A stretch of 64,000 bases of DNA, from assembly GCA_963674705.1 (NCBI GenBank), contig OY771506.1, forward strand, positions 2,656,001 to 2,720,000. Direction: 5' to 3'. Below are positions 20,215 through 28,950 of this stretch, one piece after another. The notes beneath the pieces are model-generated. The model did not search any database. It worked only from the letters and a program-made list of their open reading frames with translations, and was not told the origin of the DNA. Position numbers and translations under genes: made by a program. The DNA is from Phycisphaeraceae bacterium. GTDB lineage: Bacteria > Planctomycetota > Phycisphaerae > Phycisphaerales > Phycisphaeraceae. Every line of letters begins with the position of its first letter. Positions within the stretch are counted from its first letter, which is position 1.

Positions 20215-21947
20215 AAGAGCCACGCGTCCGTCATTATGTTGCATTTGGTGCGTGCTTCGCCGTGCTGGCTTTGTTCCTGCTTTGGCCTATCAGTTTGACG
20301 GTGATCGGCGCATTCAAGAATAAGGATGGCAGTTGGACGCTGTTGCATCTGTATCGCATCATCGAAGACCCGATCTTGCGTGAGGGTGTGGTCAATAGTT
20401 TCATCATCGCGTTCTGGGTGACGGGATTGAGCATCCTGATTGCCGGGCCTTTGGCGTGGTTAAGCGCGCGATATGAATTCCCGGGTAAGAAGCTGCTGAC
20501 GGGATTGGTGTTGTTGCCGTTGGTGTTGCCGCCGTTTGTTGGTGTGATCGGTTTGCAGAATATCCTAGGCCGATACGGCGCGATGAACGCGCTGTTGGTG
20601 AACCTCGGCATCATTGACTGGAATAACCCGATCGATGTGTTCGGCAACGCGCGGTTGACGGGCGTGATAATTGTCGAAGCACTGCACCTGTTCCCGATCA
20701 TCTACCTGAACCTGATCGCAGCGATTGCGAACCTCGATCCGTCTATTGAAGAGGCGGCGATCAACCTGAACGCCAGCCGATGGATGCGGTTCCGCAGGAT
20801 CATTTTCCCCCTTATTTTGCCGGGTATTTTCGCTGGCGGGACGATCGTATTCATCTGGAGCTTTACTGAGCTGGGCACGCCGCTCATGTTCGGGTTCAAC
20901 CGTGTCACGGCGGTGCAGGTGTTCTACGGCGTGCAGGAAATGGAAACGAGCCAACGGCCTTACGCGTTGGTTTTTGTCATGCTGACGATGGCGGTGCTGA
21001 CGTACTGGGTCGGCAAGATCCTGTTGGGTCGGCAGACGCACACGACGACGACACGCGCAATGCGTGCGGCGACGCCGATGAAACTGAGCGGCCCCGCGAC
21101 GCTTGGGGCGTTTGGGTTGTTCCTGTTTGTCGGTGTGTTGGCGCTATTGCCGCATGTTGGTGTGGTGTTGACGGCGTTCAGCCCGCCGGGCGGTTGGTAT
21201 CAATCGGTGTTGCCCGAGGGGATGACGATCGATCACTTCACGCGCGCGATGACGCACCCGCTTGCCGCGGCGTCGATCCAGAACAGCTTGAAGTACGCGA
21301 TCATTGCGACGCTGCTGGCGATGGTGCTCGGTGTGTCGATCGGGTATTTGAACACACGGTTCAAGCTTAAAGGCCGGTGGCTGTTGGATGGTCTTGGCAT
21401 GATGCCGCTGGCGGTGCCGGGCATCGTGATGGCGTTCGGGTATATCGCGGTGTCGATCGAGTTGCAGAAGTGGTTGCCTGACGGTTCGGTGCCTTCTCTA
21501 TTGCAGGTGTTGGGGGAGAATGCTGACCCGACAGCGTTTTTGGTGATCGCGTACATGATCCGTCGTTTGCCTTACGTGTTACGTTCGGCGGTGGCGGGCA
21601 TGGAACAGGTGCCGATCGAGTTGGAAGATGCGGCGTCGGTGTTCGGTTCGAGCTGGATCGCGACGATGCGAAAGATCGTGATCCCGCTGGTGTCTGCGAA
21701 CCTGCTGGCCGGGGGCGTGCTGGCATTTAGCTTCGCGATGCTGGAAGTGTCGGATTCGTTATTGCTTGCTCAAAGCGAACAGTACTTCCCGGTGACGAAG
21801 ACGATTTACACATTATTCGAACGGTTAGGTGATGGTCCGCAGGTCGCAAGCGCGTTGGGCGTCTGGAGTATGGGATTGCTCGGACTGACGCTGATTTATG
21901 TGTCGCTGATCTTTGGGAAGAAGGTCGGTTCGATATTCAGGGTGTGA
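20211..21947 (+). CDS. ABC transporter permease (FbpB/AfuB-like, two fused BPD domains)
   Basis: Two EAA loops (IEEAAINLNAS, LEDAASVFGSS); TTG start overlapping the upstream stop. Confidence 0.9.
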   Translation: MKEPRVRHYVAFGACFAVLALFLLWPISLTVIGAFKNKDGSWTLLHLYRIIEDPILREGVVNSFIIAFWVTGLSILIAGPLAWLSARYEFPGKKLLTGLVLLPLVLPPFVGVIGLQNILGRYGAMNALLVNLGIIDWNNPIDVFGNARLTGVIIVEALHLFPIIYLNLIAAIANLDPSIEEAAINLNASRWMRFRRIIFPLILPGIFAGGTIVFIWSFTELGTPLMFGFNRVTAVQVFYGVQEMETSQRPYALVFVMLTMAVLTYWVGKILLGRQTHTTTTRAMRAATPMKLSGPATLGAFGLFLFVGVLALLPHVGVVLTAFSPPGGWYQSVLPEGMTIDHFTRAMTHPLAAASIQNSLKYAIIATLLAMVLGVSIGYLNTRFKLKGRWLLDGLGMMPLAVPGIVMAFGYIAVSIELQKWLPDGSVPSLLQVLGENADPTAFLVIAYMIRRLPYVLRSAVAGMEQVPIELEDAASVFGSSWIATMRKIVIPLVSANLLAGGVLAFSFAMLEVSDSLLLAQSEQYFPVTKTIYTLFERLGDGPQVASALGVWSMGLLGLTLIYVSLIFGKKVGSIFRV

Positions 21948-21978
21948 GGGAAGCCGTTAGCCGTTAGCAAAGAAGATG

Positions 21979-21997
21979 CGCTAAGCCGCAAGCGGCT
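21979..21997. repeat. Dispersed palindromic repeat CGCTAAGCCGCAAGCGGCT
   Basis: Other copies at 37085-37101, 39564-39606 (inverted pair) and 60617-60635 (reverse). Confidence 0.8.
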
Positions 21998-22024
21998 TGT
22001 TTATGAGTGTATCGTCAGTGGTGG

Positions 22025-22069
22025 AGAAGATACCCGGACCTTCGCTGCGCTCAGGACCGGCGTTGGGTT
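22025..22069. repeat. Dispersed ~45-bp repeat (AGATACCCGGACCTTCGCTGCGCTCAGGACCGGCGTTGGGTT)
   Basis: Near-identical reverse-complement copy at 33574-33619. Confidence 0.8.
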
Positions 22070-22113
22070 GGATGACTACCGTCATCGAATTAATAAGCTT
22101 CAATCCCCAATCC

Positions 22114-22989
22114 CTACTCATAACCAAGTTTTGTGGGCAGGTTGCTGGCGGCGGCTTGGTAGGTGGCTATGTTGGAGTCGTCGAAGTGGTTTTGCCAGTC
22201 GCCGATGACACCTTTGCGGAAGAAGGATGCTTTGTCTTCTTCGCCGCGGGTTCTGCCTTCGGTGAGTTTCTTGAAGCTGCCGGCTTCGAGGCATTTTTCT
22301 ACTGTATCTTCACTGTCGTCCATCCCTAGGAAAGTCAGCATCGCGTGCGTCTGGTTGATGGGATCGGTGTGTAAATCTTCGTAGCGAAGTTCGTGGTATT
22401 GCTCGGGGTGTTGTTGGCCGAATTGCTGCGCATGTTGGATGTAGGGAAGCCAATGCTGTGTGACGGTGTATTGGATGTAGGTGTTGAGGTTGGGGAAGTT
22501 TTTAAGGAAGCTGGGTTTGGCCTGGCGCTGGTTGTGGAACCAGCCGGAGACGCAGACATCGCGGCCGTCACGTGTGATGTGGATGAACTTCGCGTTGGGG
22601 AAGCATTCGTAAAGCGGGTTCATGCACAGCGCGTGTTCAGGTGTTTTTTCGCCGATGGCTTTGACTTCATCGTCGCCGACCCAGCGTTTGAAGCTCAGGC
22701 CGACCGCGGTGCGGAGTAGTTCACGCAGGTCATCGTTGTTGAATAAGCCTTGCTCACCGGCTTTTTGTTTCTGGTTATACGCTTGAACGACTTGTTGCAA
22801 CAGCGGCATCATGACGGGGCCGAAGTAGGCTTCGCCGTGGCACCGGATGTCGGGGTGGCCGTTAAGTAGGCGCTGCACCCAGGTCGTGCCGGACTTCTGG
22901 CAGCCGACAATGAAGAATATCTGCTTGTTGAGCAGCTCGTCGATGCGCTTGAGTGTAGATGGTTTGTCGGGTGCGATGGTAGAAGTCAT
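22114..22989 (-). CDS. PAPS-dependent sulfotransferase
   Basis: 5'-PSB GCQKSGTTW, 3'-PB RDGRDVCVS, C-terminal RKGVIGDWQNHF. Confidence 0.92.
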   Translation of the reverse strand: MTSTIAPDKPSTLKRIDELLNKQIFFIVGCQKSGTTWVQRLLNGHPDIRCHGEAYFGPVMMPLLQQVVQAYNQKQKAGEQGLFNNDDLRELLRTAVGLSFKRWVGDDEVKAIGEKTPEHALCMNPLYECFPNAKFIHITRDGRDVCVSGWFHNQRQAKPSFLKNFPNLNTYIQYTVTQHWLPYIQHAQQFGQQHPEQYHELRYEDLHTDPINQTHAMLTFLGMDDSEDTVEKCLEAGSFKKLTEGRTRGEEDKASFFRKGVIGDWQNHFDDSNIATYQAAASNLPTKLGYE

Positions 22990-23840
22990 ACGGCAGTGCT
23001 TTCCTGCACTCTGGGCAATGTGATTTTAGGTTTCAAAGTAGGGGACTTCTGAGGCTTTCCCAGGCAGTACCTGTATTCCGGTTTGTGTTTGTGCAGGAAC
23101 AGGTCATCGATCACACGGTGCATGTATTCCAGGTCGTATTCTGCAAACAGCGACTTCTTCTCCCGACCCGCGCTGCGCACTTTAAAAGTTTGTGGATCAT
23201 TGGGATCGATCGGCGCGATGACCGTGCCGGCATATTCAGGCGTTATTGAAAGACGTTTCATGTTCTCGAAGCCGGCGTCTTCGACGACTTGCTCGAGCAG
23301 GTTTTCATCGACGCGCAGGTCAAGTGATTCGATGACGCGGGTAAAAACGGTTTTGGGGTTTTCGAGCAGTTCTTCGTAGGCGAACACATCGCATCTGGCA
23401 ATATCAGGGCGGATATATTCCAGGATGTTGTAGAAGGTGACGAGTTTGATGATGCCGAATCGTGGGTCGCGAAGGAAGTCGCTGGGGGTTCCTCGAAAGA
23501 CCTTGATACGGTCGCGTGCCTGGAAGTACGCACTGGTGAGTGTCGACTGGAAGTTACGGGTCAGGATCAACCATGGCACGCGTTGCATGGATTCACCCAA
23601 CCGCCAGCCGCCCATGGCCCAATAGGGCAAGCAATCGATCATGGCTCCCGAAAGGTGCGTCCACTCGATCGGATGAACCTTCTTCAGTTGATTTTCGGCT
23701 TCAAATACGTTCGAGCAGTTCAGATCAAAAACCCGGCACAGGTAGCTGTCGACCATGAATCGCAGCCAAGTTCGGCCTGACTTCGGGTAAGAGAGAATGA
23801 TGTGCATAGGGCGACTCTGTGGGTTTGAGGGATAGTGCAT
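22986..23840 (-). CDS. Sulfotransferase-domain protein
   Basis: SYPKSGRTW PSB loop, RN...S motif, YEEL..NP, F..MK, FKVR; 4-bp overlap with the next gene. Confidence 0.85.
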   Translation of the reverse strand: MHYPSNPQSRPMHIILSYPKSGRTWLRFMVDSYLCRVFDLNCSNVFEAENQLKKVHPIEWTHLSGAMIDCLPYWAMGGWRLGESMQRVPWLILTRNFQSTLTSAYFQARDRIKVFRGTPSDFLRDPRFGIIKLVTFYNILEYIRPDIARCDVFAYEELLENPKTVFTRVIESLDLRVDENLLEQVVEDAGFENMKRLSITPEYAGTVIAPIDPNDPQTFKVRSAGREKKSLFAEYDLEYMHRVIDDLFLHKHKPEYRYCLGKPQKSPTLKPKITLPRVQESTAV

Positions 23841-23931
23841 TATTGTTATCGGTCATGCGGCGGGCGTCCGGTGAAAATCGATGTGTCTTGTAAGTCTTTT
23901 ATATGTTAGAGTTAAGGTGTTTTAGTAAAAT

Positions 23932-23967
23932 CACCTCCGGCAGAGTGTTAGCATTCTGCCGGAGGTG
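23932..23967 (-). terminator. Intrinsic terminator after the DUF2202-type gene
   Basis: cacctccggcaga/tctgccggaggtg 13-bp stem followed by TTTT on the minus strand. Confidence 0.75.
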
Positions 23968-24009
23968 TGTCGGTGGATAATCAGTTTTTATCGCGGCTGA
24001 ATAATCCGC

Positions 24010-24552
24010 TTAATCGAGCATGGATGAGAACGCTGCCAGGTGGTTGTATGAGCCGTTGAGCAGGTTTGTGTAGACACGTTTGATGTCGGATTTGGTGGTT
24101 TCCGCGATGAGGATTTTCAGGTCGTCGATGTCGAGTTCTTCGATGGCGACGCCGACCTTGTAGGCTTCTTCGACGGATTGGTTGCCTTGTGCGACGAGTT
24201 GATCGAACAGTTCGGTGAAGACGGGATCGGTGAATTCACCGATGCCGTTGCCCGCAGCGGGGTCCGCCAGGCCGTACTTATCCAGCAGGTTCTTGACGGC
24301 GTCCATGTGGCGCTGTTCGGAAGCGGCGATGTTGTCGAAGATCAGCTGGTTCCATTTTTCGCCGAGTGTGAGGTAGACATCGCGGGCCAGTTTTTCCTCC
24401 TCGCGCATCGCCAGCAGGCCGGCGGTTTCGGCGTCGGTGAGGGCTGGGGTGCTGCCGCTACCGCCACCACCGCGTTTCTTTGCGGCTTCGGTGAAGGTAG
24501 ACATGCTGGCGATCACGACGACGATCAGAGCGAGGTAACCCAGACGTTTCAT
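24010..24552 (-). CDS. Secreted ferritin-like protein (DUF2202 type)
   Basis: MREEEKLARDVY, F.NIA.SEQRH, IEELDI.DL, GS.NHL.AF motifs. Confidence 0.85.
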   Translation of the reverse strand: MKRLGYLALIVVVIASMSTFTEAAKKRGGGGSGSTPALTDAETAGLLAMREEEKLARDVYLTLGEKWNQLIFDNIAASEQRHMDAVKNLLDKYGLADPAAGNGIGEFTDPVFTELFDQLVAQGNQSVEEAYKVGVAIEELDIDDLKILIAETTKSDIKRVYTNLLNGSYNHLAAFSSMLD

Positions 24553-24841
24553 TACTGCATCTCCTTGATATTGTTGTGTTAACAGCGATCAAGCCCATCG
24601 GTTTTGAGCCTGGAGAAGCGGTGTCTTCTCATTGGTTGATACGACTGGCTAGGGTTTTCCCTGCTGTGGTATTTAGAATATTTTTAAGTTTTGGATTTTT
24701 GACCAGTGGTGGCTGGATCAGGTTGGGAAGTGGGGGGGGCGAAGTGCGCAAATAGAAACGGCGACCGTTTCCGGCCGCCGTTCCGCATCAGTGATCGGAT
24801 GCCCCGCGTGTTTCGAGGCGTCCTACGATCTGTTTACTCGG

Positions 24842-26362
24842 TTACCCGAGCAAGGAGAGTACTGACTGTGGTTGACTGTTGGAGATACTCAAGACATTGG
24901 TTGCCGCATTGACCAGGATCTGGCTGCGAGTCAGTTCCGCCGTCTCTGAGGCGAAGTCGGTGTCGCGGATCGAACTTTCAGCGGCGCTGGTGTTCTCAAG
25001 GGCGACGCCCAGTGAGTTGATGGTTGCGCCGATGACGTTCTTCTGGAACGCACCGAGTCGTCCACGCAGGCTAGAGACCTGAGTGATTGCATCATTGATG
25101 ATCTTCTGACCCAGTTCGAGGTTGCCGTCCACGACGTTGGCGGTCTTGGAGGAGCCGAGATCGTCGAGGTAACCATTTTCCAGTGAGCCGAGGTTACGCG
25201 ATGCGACATTTTCGATGCCGATGCTGACCTGGTTCTGGATATCGACGTTGGGGCCGAGGTTGAACTTGGCGCCGCCGCCGGTGATGGTCATGGCGCTGAT
25301 TGAACCGAGCGTTTGTGCGCCGGTTGTGGTCAGATCGAGTTCGACATCGAGGAAGTCGGAGACGATCCGAGCGGTCTTGCCATCCGAGGTAGCGGCGATG
25401 CCGTTGATGATAGCGCCGACGTCCTGTCCGTCGTCACGCTTGCCGCCGTCACCCAGGTCACGGACTGCCGTGATTGTCTGGATGTTGGAAGCAACGGTGC
25501 TGAACGTGTTCTCGTCCGTTGCCGACATGGTCGTGAAGCTACCGGCCTGGCCGGCATCATCCTTGACGACGATGCTGACGAACTGGTCGGAGCCGAACTC
25601 CGTGCTCTTGAAGACGATGGCACTGGTCTGCGGTGCTGCGGCGGAGACACCCGTGATGGAACTGAACGTGTTGATCGCGGCGACGATGTCAGCCATCGTG
25701 GTACCGGATGCAAACGTGAATTCGCGGGATCCGAGAGCGCCGGTGATCTCGAACTGGAACTGCGCGGTGGACGCGGACAGGTCCAGGGCGGTGCCGCCGG
25801 TTGAGAGCACGAGTGCGGCGTGCTGCGCCGAGTTGGTCACGAGCACTTCGACGTCGCGGTGATCGCTGCCTTCAAGTTTGGCGGCATTGATCTGGAAGTC
25901 CGCAACGGATGTTGACTGTCCGGAGACAGTAAAGTCGAAGGTTCCGTTAAGCAGCTTGGTGCCTTGGAAGCTTGTGGCCGAGGAGATCCGGTCGATCGTC
26001 TGGAGGATCGAGTCGATCTCCAGCTGATTGGCCTTTTTCTCTTCATCACTGAGACCGGCGTCGTTGGCCGAAGCGCCGACGAGGCTCTGGATCTGCAGCA
26101 GCAGAGAGTTGATTTCCTGCAGGCCACCTTCGGCGATGTTGATCACCTGGTCAGCGCGTTCGGCGTTATCGATGGCTGCGGTGATGGACGCCTCTTCCGA
26201 TCGCAGGTTTTCACTGGCGATCAGGCCGGCCGGGTCATCGGCGCCGCGGTTGATGCGGAAGCCGGTGCTCAGCCGTTCGAGCGACGTGCTAAGAGAGTTG
26301 TTTTGCTGGGTCAGGATTCTCTGAGCCAGCAGTGAGTTAACGTTTGTGTTGATACGACTCAT
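24842..26362 (-). CDS. fliC: Flagellin
   Basis: MSRINTNV...LERLSTGFRINRGADDPAGL N-terminus; SSIRDTDFASETAELTRSQIL...VLSLLG C-terminus. Confidence 0.97.
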   Translation of the reverse strand: MSRINTNVNSLLAQRILTQQNNSLSTSLERLSTGFRINRGADDPAGLIASENLRSEEASITAAIDNAERADQVINIAEGGLQEINSLLLQIQSLVGASANDAGLSDEEKKANQLEIDSILQTIDRISSATSFQGTKLLNGTFDFTVSGQSTSVADFQINAAKLEGSDHRDVEVLVTNSAQHAALVLSTGGTALDLSASTAQFQFEITGALGSREFTFASGTTMADIVAAINTFSSITGVSAAAPQTSAIVFKSTEFGSDQFVSIVVKDDAGQAGSFTTMSATDENTFSTVASNIQTITAVRDLGDGGKRDDGQDVGAIINGIAATSDGKTARIVSDFLDVELDLTTTGAQTLGSISAMTITGGGAKFNLGPNVDIQNQVSIGIENVASRNLGSLENGYLDDLGSSKTANVVDGNLELGQKIINDAITQVSSLRGRLGAFQKNVIGATINSLGVALENTSAAESSIRDTDFASETAELTRSQILVNAATNVLSISNSQPQSVLSLLG

Positions 26363-26548
26363 GGTGTCGATCCTCCGTGAAACACGCGGTTCTGTGGTTC
26401 ACCCTTAATCGGGCGCCTGGCTCCTGCCTGGTTACGGTCACAGATCTCCGATCCGATGTGATGCTTTTTTGAACGTGGGTAACAACGCGTTACCCGGTAC
26501 TTTTTTTAACTTGTTGTTCAATGCTTTTGACAGATTTTGTTTTTTATG

Positions 26549-26588
26549 TCATCTGCTCATGTCACCGCTCCTTTCTCCATCCTTGGAG
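26549..26588 (-). promoter_or_regulatory. CsrA-type hairpin + SD + 3-codon mini-ORF (Met-Ser-Arg-stop)
   Basis: Minus strand CTCCA-AGGA-TGGAG AAAGGAG CGGTGAC ATG AGC AGA TGA. Confidence 0.55.
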
Positions 26589-26807
26589 CACGGGAGCCGG
26601 GCGGTGGTCTACCACCCGAATGGATCGTGGGGCTGTCTCGCTTGGCCGACCCTGGCCCTCGATGCAGCCCCGATGCCTGACCAAATTCGGCGGGCCGGGT
26701 CCGCTTTCGCCACCCGGTTATCGAACTTGTCTTATCGGAACAGCGGTCCATTGCGTTCTCCGTTCGCATCCGGGCAGAGGTTTTTGACCCTGCCCGTGCA
26801 ACCGGAG

Positions 26808-26834
26808 TGATCGTCATAACCGGAACACGGCTTA
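26808..26834 (-). promoter_or_regulatory. Probable sigma28 promoter upstream of flagellin 1
   Basis: TAAG-N15-GACGATCA versus consensus TAAA-N15-GCCGATAA. Confidence 0.5.
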
Positions 26835-26995
26835 AGCGCCTCATAATCGGAATAATCGGCCCGCCGATAATCTGTGGTGTGGCGCGCACCAAACCGTGAA
26901 AAGGGGTCCAAAAAAATCGTGATTATTTCGGGCAAAGACGCTGAAGACAGGCTGTCTACGGTAAAGACAGGGCGGCGCGCCGGGTTGAAGCGCGC

Positions 26996-27031
26996 AAAAA
27001 AAAGCGGTGACCGAGTTCACGGCCACCGCTT
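26996..27031 (-). terminator. Intrinsic terminator after flagellin 2
   Basis: AAGCGGTGGCCG...CGGTCACCGC followed by a T8 tract on the minus strand. Confidence 0.8.
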
Positions 27032-27065
27032 GGAGTTTTGTTTATACGGACCTTACTTCGTTTAC

Positions 27066-28589
27066 TTACCCGATCAGGGCCAGCACGTTCTGGGGTCGGC
27101 TGTTGGCGATCGCCAAACTGTTGGTCGCCGCGTTCACCAGGATCTGGTTCCTTGTCAGGGTTGCGGTTTCCGCTGCGAAGTCGGTATCGCGGATGGCACT
27201 TTCTGCCGCGGTCATGTTCTCCAACGCGATGTTCAGAGAGTTGATCGTCGATCCGACCACGTTCTTCTGGAACGAACCGAGTTTGCCGCGGAGGCTCGAA
27301 ACTTCGTCGATGGCGTTGTTGATGATCCGCTGGCTGATGCTCAGGTCACCGTCATCAAGGTCAAAGAGCTTGCCGGAGCCGAGGTCGTCGAGGTTATAGG
27401 ACACACCGCTGACGTATTCACCGCCGAGGTTGCGGGTGGCGACGTTGCCGATGCCCAGACGTGTCTGGTTGGCGATGTCGACTCGAGGTCCGATATTGAA
27501 TTCGGCGCCGCCGCCGGTGATCGTAAAGGCGCTGATGCTGGCGATGGCTTGTGCGGCACCAGAGTTCAGCATGATGGTGGCGTTGAGGCCTTCGGTATTA
27601 ACCGCGAGTTTCAGGCCGTTGCCTGCGGCGGTGTTGCCGTTGATGGTGGCGGCCACGTCCTGGCCGTCGTCACGGATTGCACCATTGGCTGCGGCGAAGG
27701 TGGTATAGCTTGCGGCTTCGGTGGACACGGTGCTCTCATCGGAAGCCGAGGAGAAGTACACACCGGTGTTACCGGCCAGGCCCGGTGCCGCGTCAACATC
27801 GACCGACACGAAGGCGTCTGAACCGAATGCCGTACTCTTAAGCTGCACACCGGTGGTGCCGTCGGACGCCGAGACGCCTGTTACGCCCTTGAAGGCATTG
27901 ATGGCGGTCACCATGTCGGCCACCGTGGCGCCTGAGGCGAAGCTGAACTGGCGTGAGCCCAGCGTGCCGGCGACTTCGAAGGTTAGCCTGCTGTCGGCAT
28001 CGTCATCGAGTTCCAGGGCGCCGGCGGTCGACAGGAAGATCGAACCACGCTGGGCGGACTGGGTTACGAGGACGGACACGTCGGTGTTGGTGCCGTCGGT
28101 GAACTTGGCCGCATCGACCTGTACGTCCAGGACGGTGGTCGCCTGGCCGGAGATCTGGAAGTCGAACGAGCCGTTGAGCAGCTTGGTGCCCTGGAAGCTC
28201 GTGGTCGACGCGATACGGTCGATGGTCTGCAGGATCTGGTCGACCTGCAATTGGTTGGCTTTGCGCTCTTCTTCGCTCAGGCCCGCGTCGTTGGCACTGG
28301 AGGTGACCAGGCTCTGGACTTCCAGAAGCAGGTTCTGGACTTCCTGCAGGCCGCCTTCAGCGACGTTGACGACCTGTTCAGCACGCTCGGCGTTGCCGAT
28401 GGCGGCTTCGAGAGTCACTTTTTCTGAGCGCAGTTTTTCACTGGCGATCAGGCCAGCCGGATCATCGCTACCTCGATTGATCCGGTAACCCGTGCTCAGC
28501 CGCTCCAGCGACTTGGTCAGGCCTTGATTCTGTTGGCCCAGGATGCGTTGGGCGATCAGCGAGTTAACATTGGTGTTGATCCGACTCAT
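27066..28589 (-). CDS. fliC: Flagellin (paralog)
   Basis: Same conserved termini as 24842-26362 with a divergent central domain. Confidence 0.97.
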   Translation of the reverse strand: MSRINTNVNSLIAQRILGQQNQGLTKSLERLSTGYRINRGSDDPAGLIASEKLRSEKVTLEAAIGNAERAEQVVNVAEGGLQEVQNLLLEVQSLVTSSANDAGLSEEERKANQLQVDQILQTIDRIASTTSFQGTKLLNGSFDFQISGQATTVLDVQVDAAKFTDGTNTDVSVLVTQSAQRGSIFLSTAGALELDDDADSRLTFEVAGTLGSRQFSFASGATVADMVTAINAFKGVTGVSASDGTTGVQLKSTAFGSDAFVSVDVDAAPGLAGNTGVYFSSASDESTVSTEAASYTTFAAANGAIRDDGQDVAATINGNTAAGNGLKLAVNTEGLNATIMLNSGAAQAIASISAFTITGGGAEFNIGPRVDIANQTRLGIGNVATRNLGGEYVSGVSYNLDDLGSGKLFDLDDGDLSISQRIINNAIDEVSSLRGKLGSFQKNVVGSTINSLNIALENMTAAESAIRDTDFAAETATLTRNQILVNAATNSLAIANSRPQNVLALIG

Positions 28590-28838
28590 TTCTCCGGTCC
28601 TCCAGTGGTGCCTTTCAGGCTTCGTTCCAGGGGGACTGACTCGGCCACGTGCCGTGTCAATTGGGTCCTGCTGGTCGACCCTGGATTGCCCACCGATTCA
28701 CTTTTATGTGCCCACGTATCATGGGACGACAGGACCAGACATCGACCCGAGATGTCCGAATCATCAGCTTCTGCATTCATGTTGGGTATTATTTGCCGAT
28801 CATGCGACCGACCAGACGGCACAATCGGTACAGCCGGA

Positions 28839-28865
28839 CCATCGATTGGCCCCTATGAGCCTTGA
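28839..28865 (-). promoter_or_regulatory. Possible sigma28 promoter upstream of flagellin 2
   Basis: TCAA-N15-ATCGATGG; weak -10 match. Confidence 0.3.
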
Positions 28866-28950
28866 CAGGCGGACGAGGCCAATCCTGGAAAAGCAAGGGA
28901 TTCTACGGATTAGTGATAACAAGGTATGTGCGGTTTGACGTTTAGTCTGG

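Noticed and set aside
26590..26740. c-di-GMP riboswitch in the flagellin leader
   Set aside because: A GAAA tetraloop hairpin is present, but the GGCAAA...GACGCAAA core of class I is absent.
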